Positions 63,801 to 64,000 of a stretch of 64,000 nt of DNA are shown here, in pieces. The translations under genes and the position numbers were made by a program. The notes beneath the pieces are model-generated. The model saw nothing but the letters and a program-made list of their open reading frames with translations. It searched no databases and was not told where the DNA came from. Within the stretch, counting starts at the first letter, position 1. Each line of letters opens with the position of its first letter. This DNA comes from Bacteroidota bacterium (GTDB lineage Bacteria; Bacteroidota; Bacteroidia; Chitinophagales; Chitinophagaceae), in assembly GCA_023416995.1 (NCBI GenBank), contig JAEZGI010000044.1:5964-69963 (forward strand). Reading direction: 5' to 3'.

Positions 63801-64000
63801 ATGAATACGAAAATGATGAAATTTTATGTGCTGATTGTGCTGATCAGTGCGGCATCTTGTAAAAAAAATGTACTTGACCAGGTACCGACAGCTTCTATTT
63901 CGCCAAATACATTTTTCCAGACAGAAGGTGATTTAAAAGCGTACACTAACCTGTTTTATTCTTACCTGCCCGATGCAGAATTTATTTATGGTGAAGACGC
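63801..64000 (+). CDS. SusD/RagB-family lipoprotein, N-terminal fragment (runs off the right window edge)
   Basis: Manual translation gives MNTKMMKFYVLIVLISAASCKKNVLDQVPTASISPNTFFQTEGDLKAYTNLFYSYLPDAEFIYGED. It has a lipobox (ISAASC), begins 21 nt after SusC, and has a typical SusD N-terminus (LDQ.P...I....FF....D). Confidence 0.8.
   Translation, partial: MNTKMMKFYVLIVLISAASCKKNVLDQVPTASISPNTFFQTEGDLKAYTNLFYSYLPDAEFIYGED

Noticed and set aside
1-64000. A search for tRNA/rRNA genes, CRISPR repeats, IS elements, integrases, toxin-antitoxin pairs or defence-system genes
   Set aside because: All intergenic regions longer than 100 nt were read on both strands. I found no cloverleaf-like sequences, no regularly spaced direct repeats, no terminal inverted repeats flanking a transposase-like ORF, and no nuclease, helicase or methylase signatures in any translated ORF.

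Overview
This is a 64 kb chromosomal segment with the hallmarks of a Bacteroidota genome, most like Chitinophagaceae or Sphingobacteriia. That taxonomic call rests on gene content only. I found no rRNA, tRNA, CRISPR array, transposase, integrase or phage genes. The window is almost entirely outer-membrane nutrient acquisition and sugar or sugar-acid catabolism.

There are five complete SusC/SusD pairs, at 2663-7104, 17296-22095, 25134-29861, 45383-40616 (minus strand) and 60519 to the window end (SusD truncated). A truncated carboxypeptidase-regulatory-like outer-membrane barrel runs off the left edge.

Three regulatory logics coexist:
- Two ECF sigma / FecR anti-sigma modules (15281-17165 and 58345-60429).
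- A LacI-family repressor (35135-36172). A near-identical palindromic operator sits upstream of SusC 25134 and upstream of the GH51 arabinofuranosidase.
- An AraC-family regulator (45566-46447), divergent from SusC 45383 and heading a plus-strand operon.

The most interesting content:
1. A tight SusC-SusD operon (2663-10707) has no glycoside hydrolase. Instead it carries two diverged tandem paralogs of a 7-TM DoxX/HTTM-like protein and a secreted beta-sandwich protein, followed by an exported rhodanese.
2. The region 46458-57910 encodes enzymes that are normally cytoplasmic but here carry export signals: a Tat-signal enolase-superfamily dehydratase flanked by two Sec-signal RraA-like (class II pyruvate aldolase-like) paralogs. 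With them are a Sec-signal SMP-30 lactonase, a lipoprotein PQQ dehydrogenase with an internally inserted cytochrome c module, an exported bicupin-ABM fusion, a BASS transporter and an FGGY gluconokinase. Together these suggest a periplasmic oxidative sugar-acid route.
3. One FecR anti-sigma has a duplicated C-terminal STN-like domain and is paired with a SusC that lacks the usual N-terminal STN signalling domain.
4. An IlvD/Edd dehydratase plus FAH-family dehydratase pair (Weimberg/Dahms-type pentonate steps) is embedded in a GH43-containing PUL.

All functional calls come from motif recognition in the translations. No database search was run.
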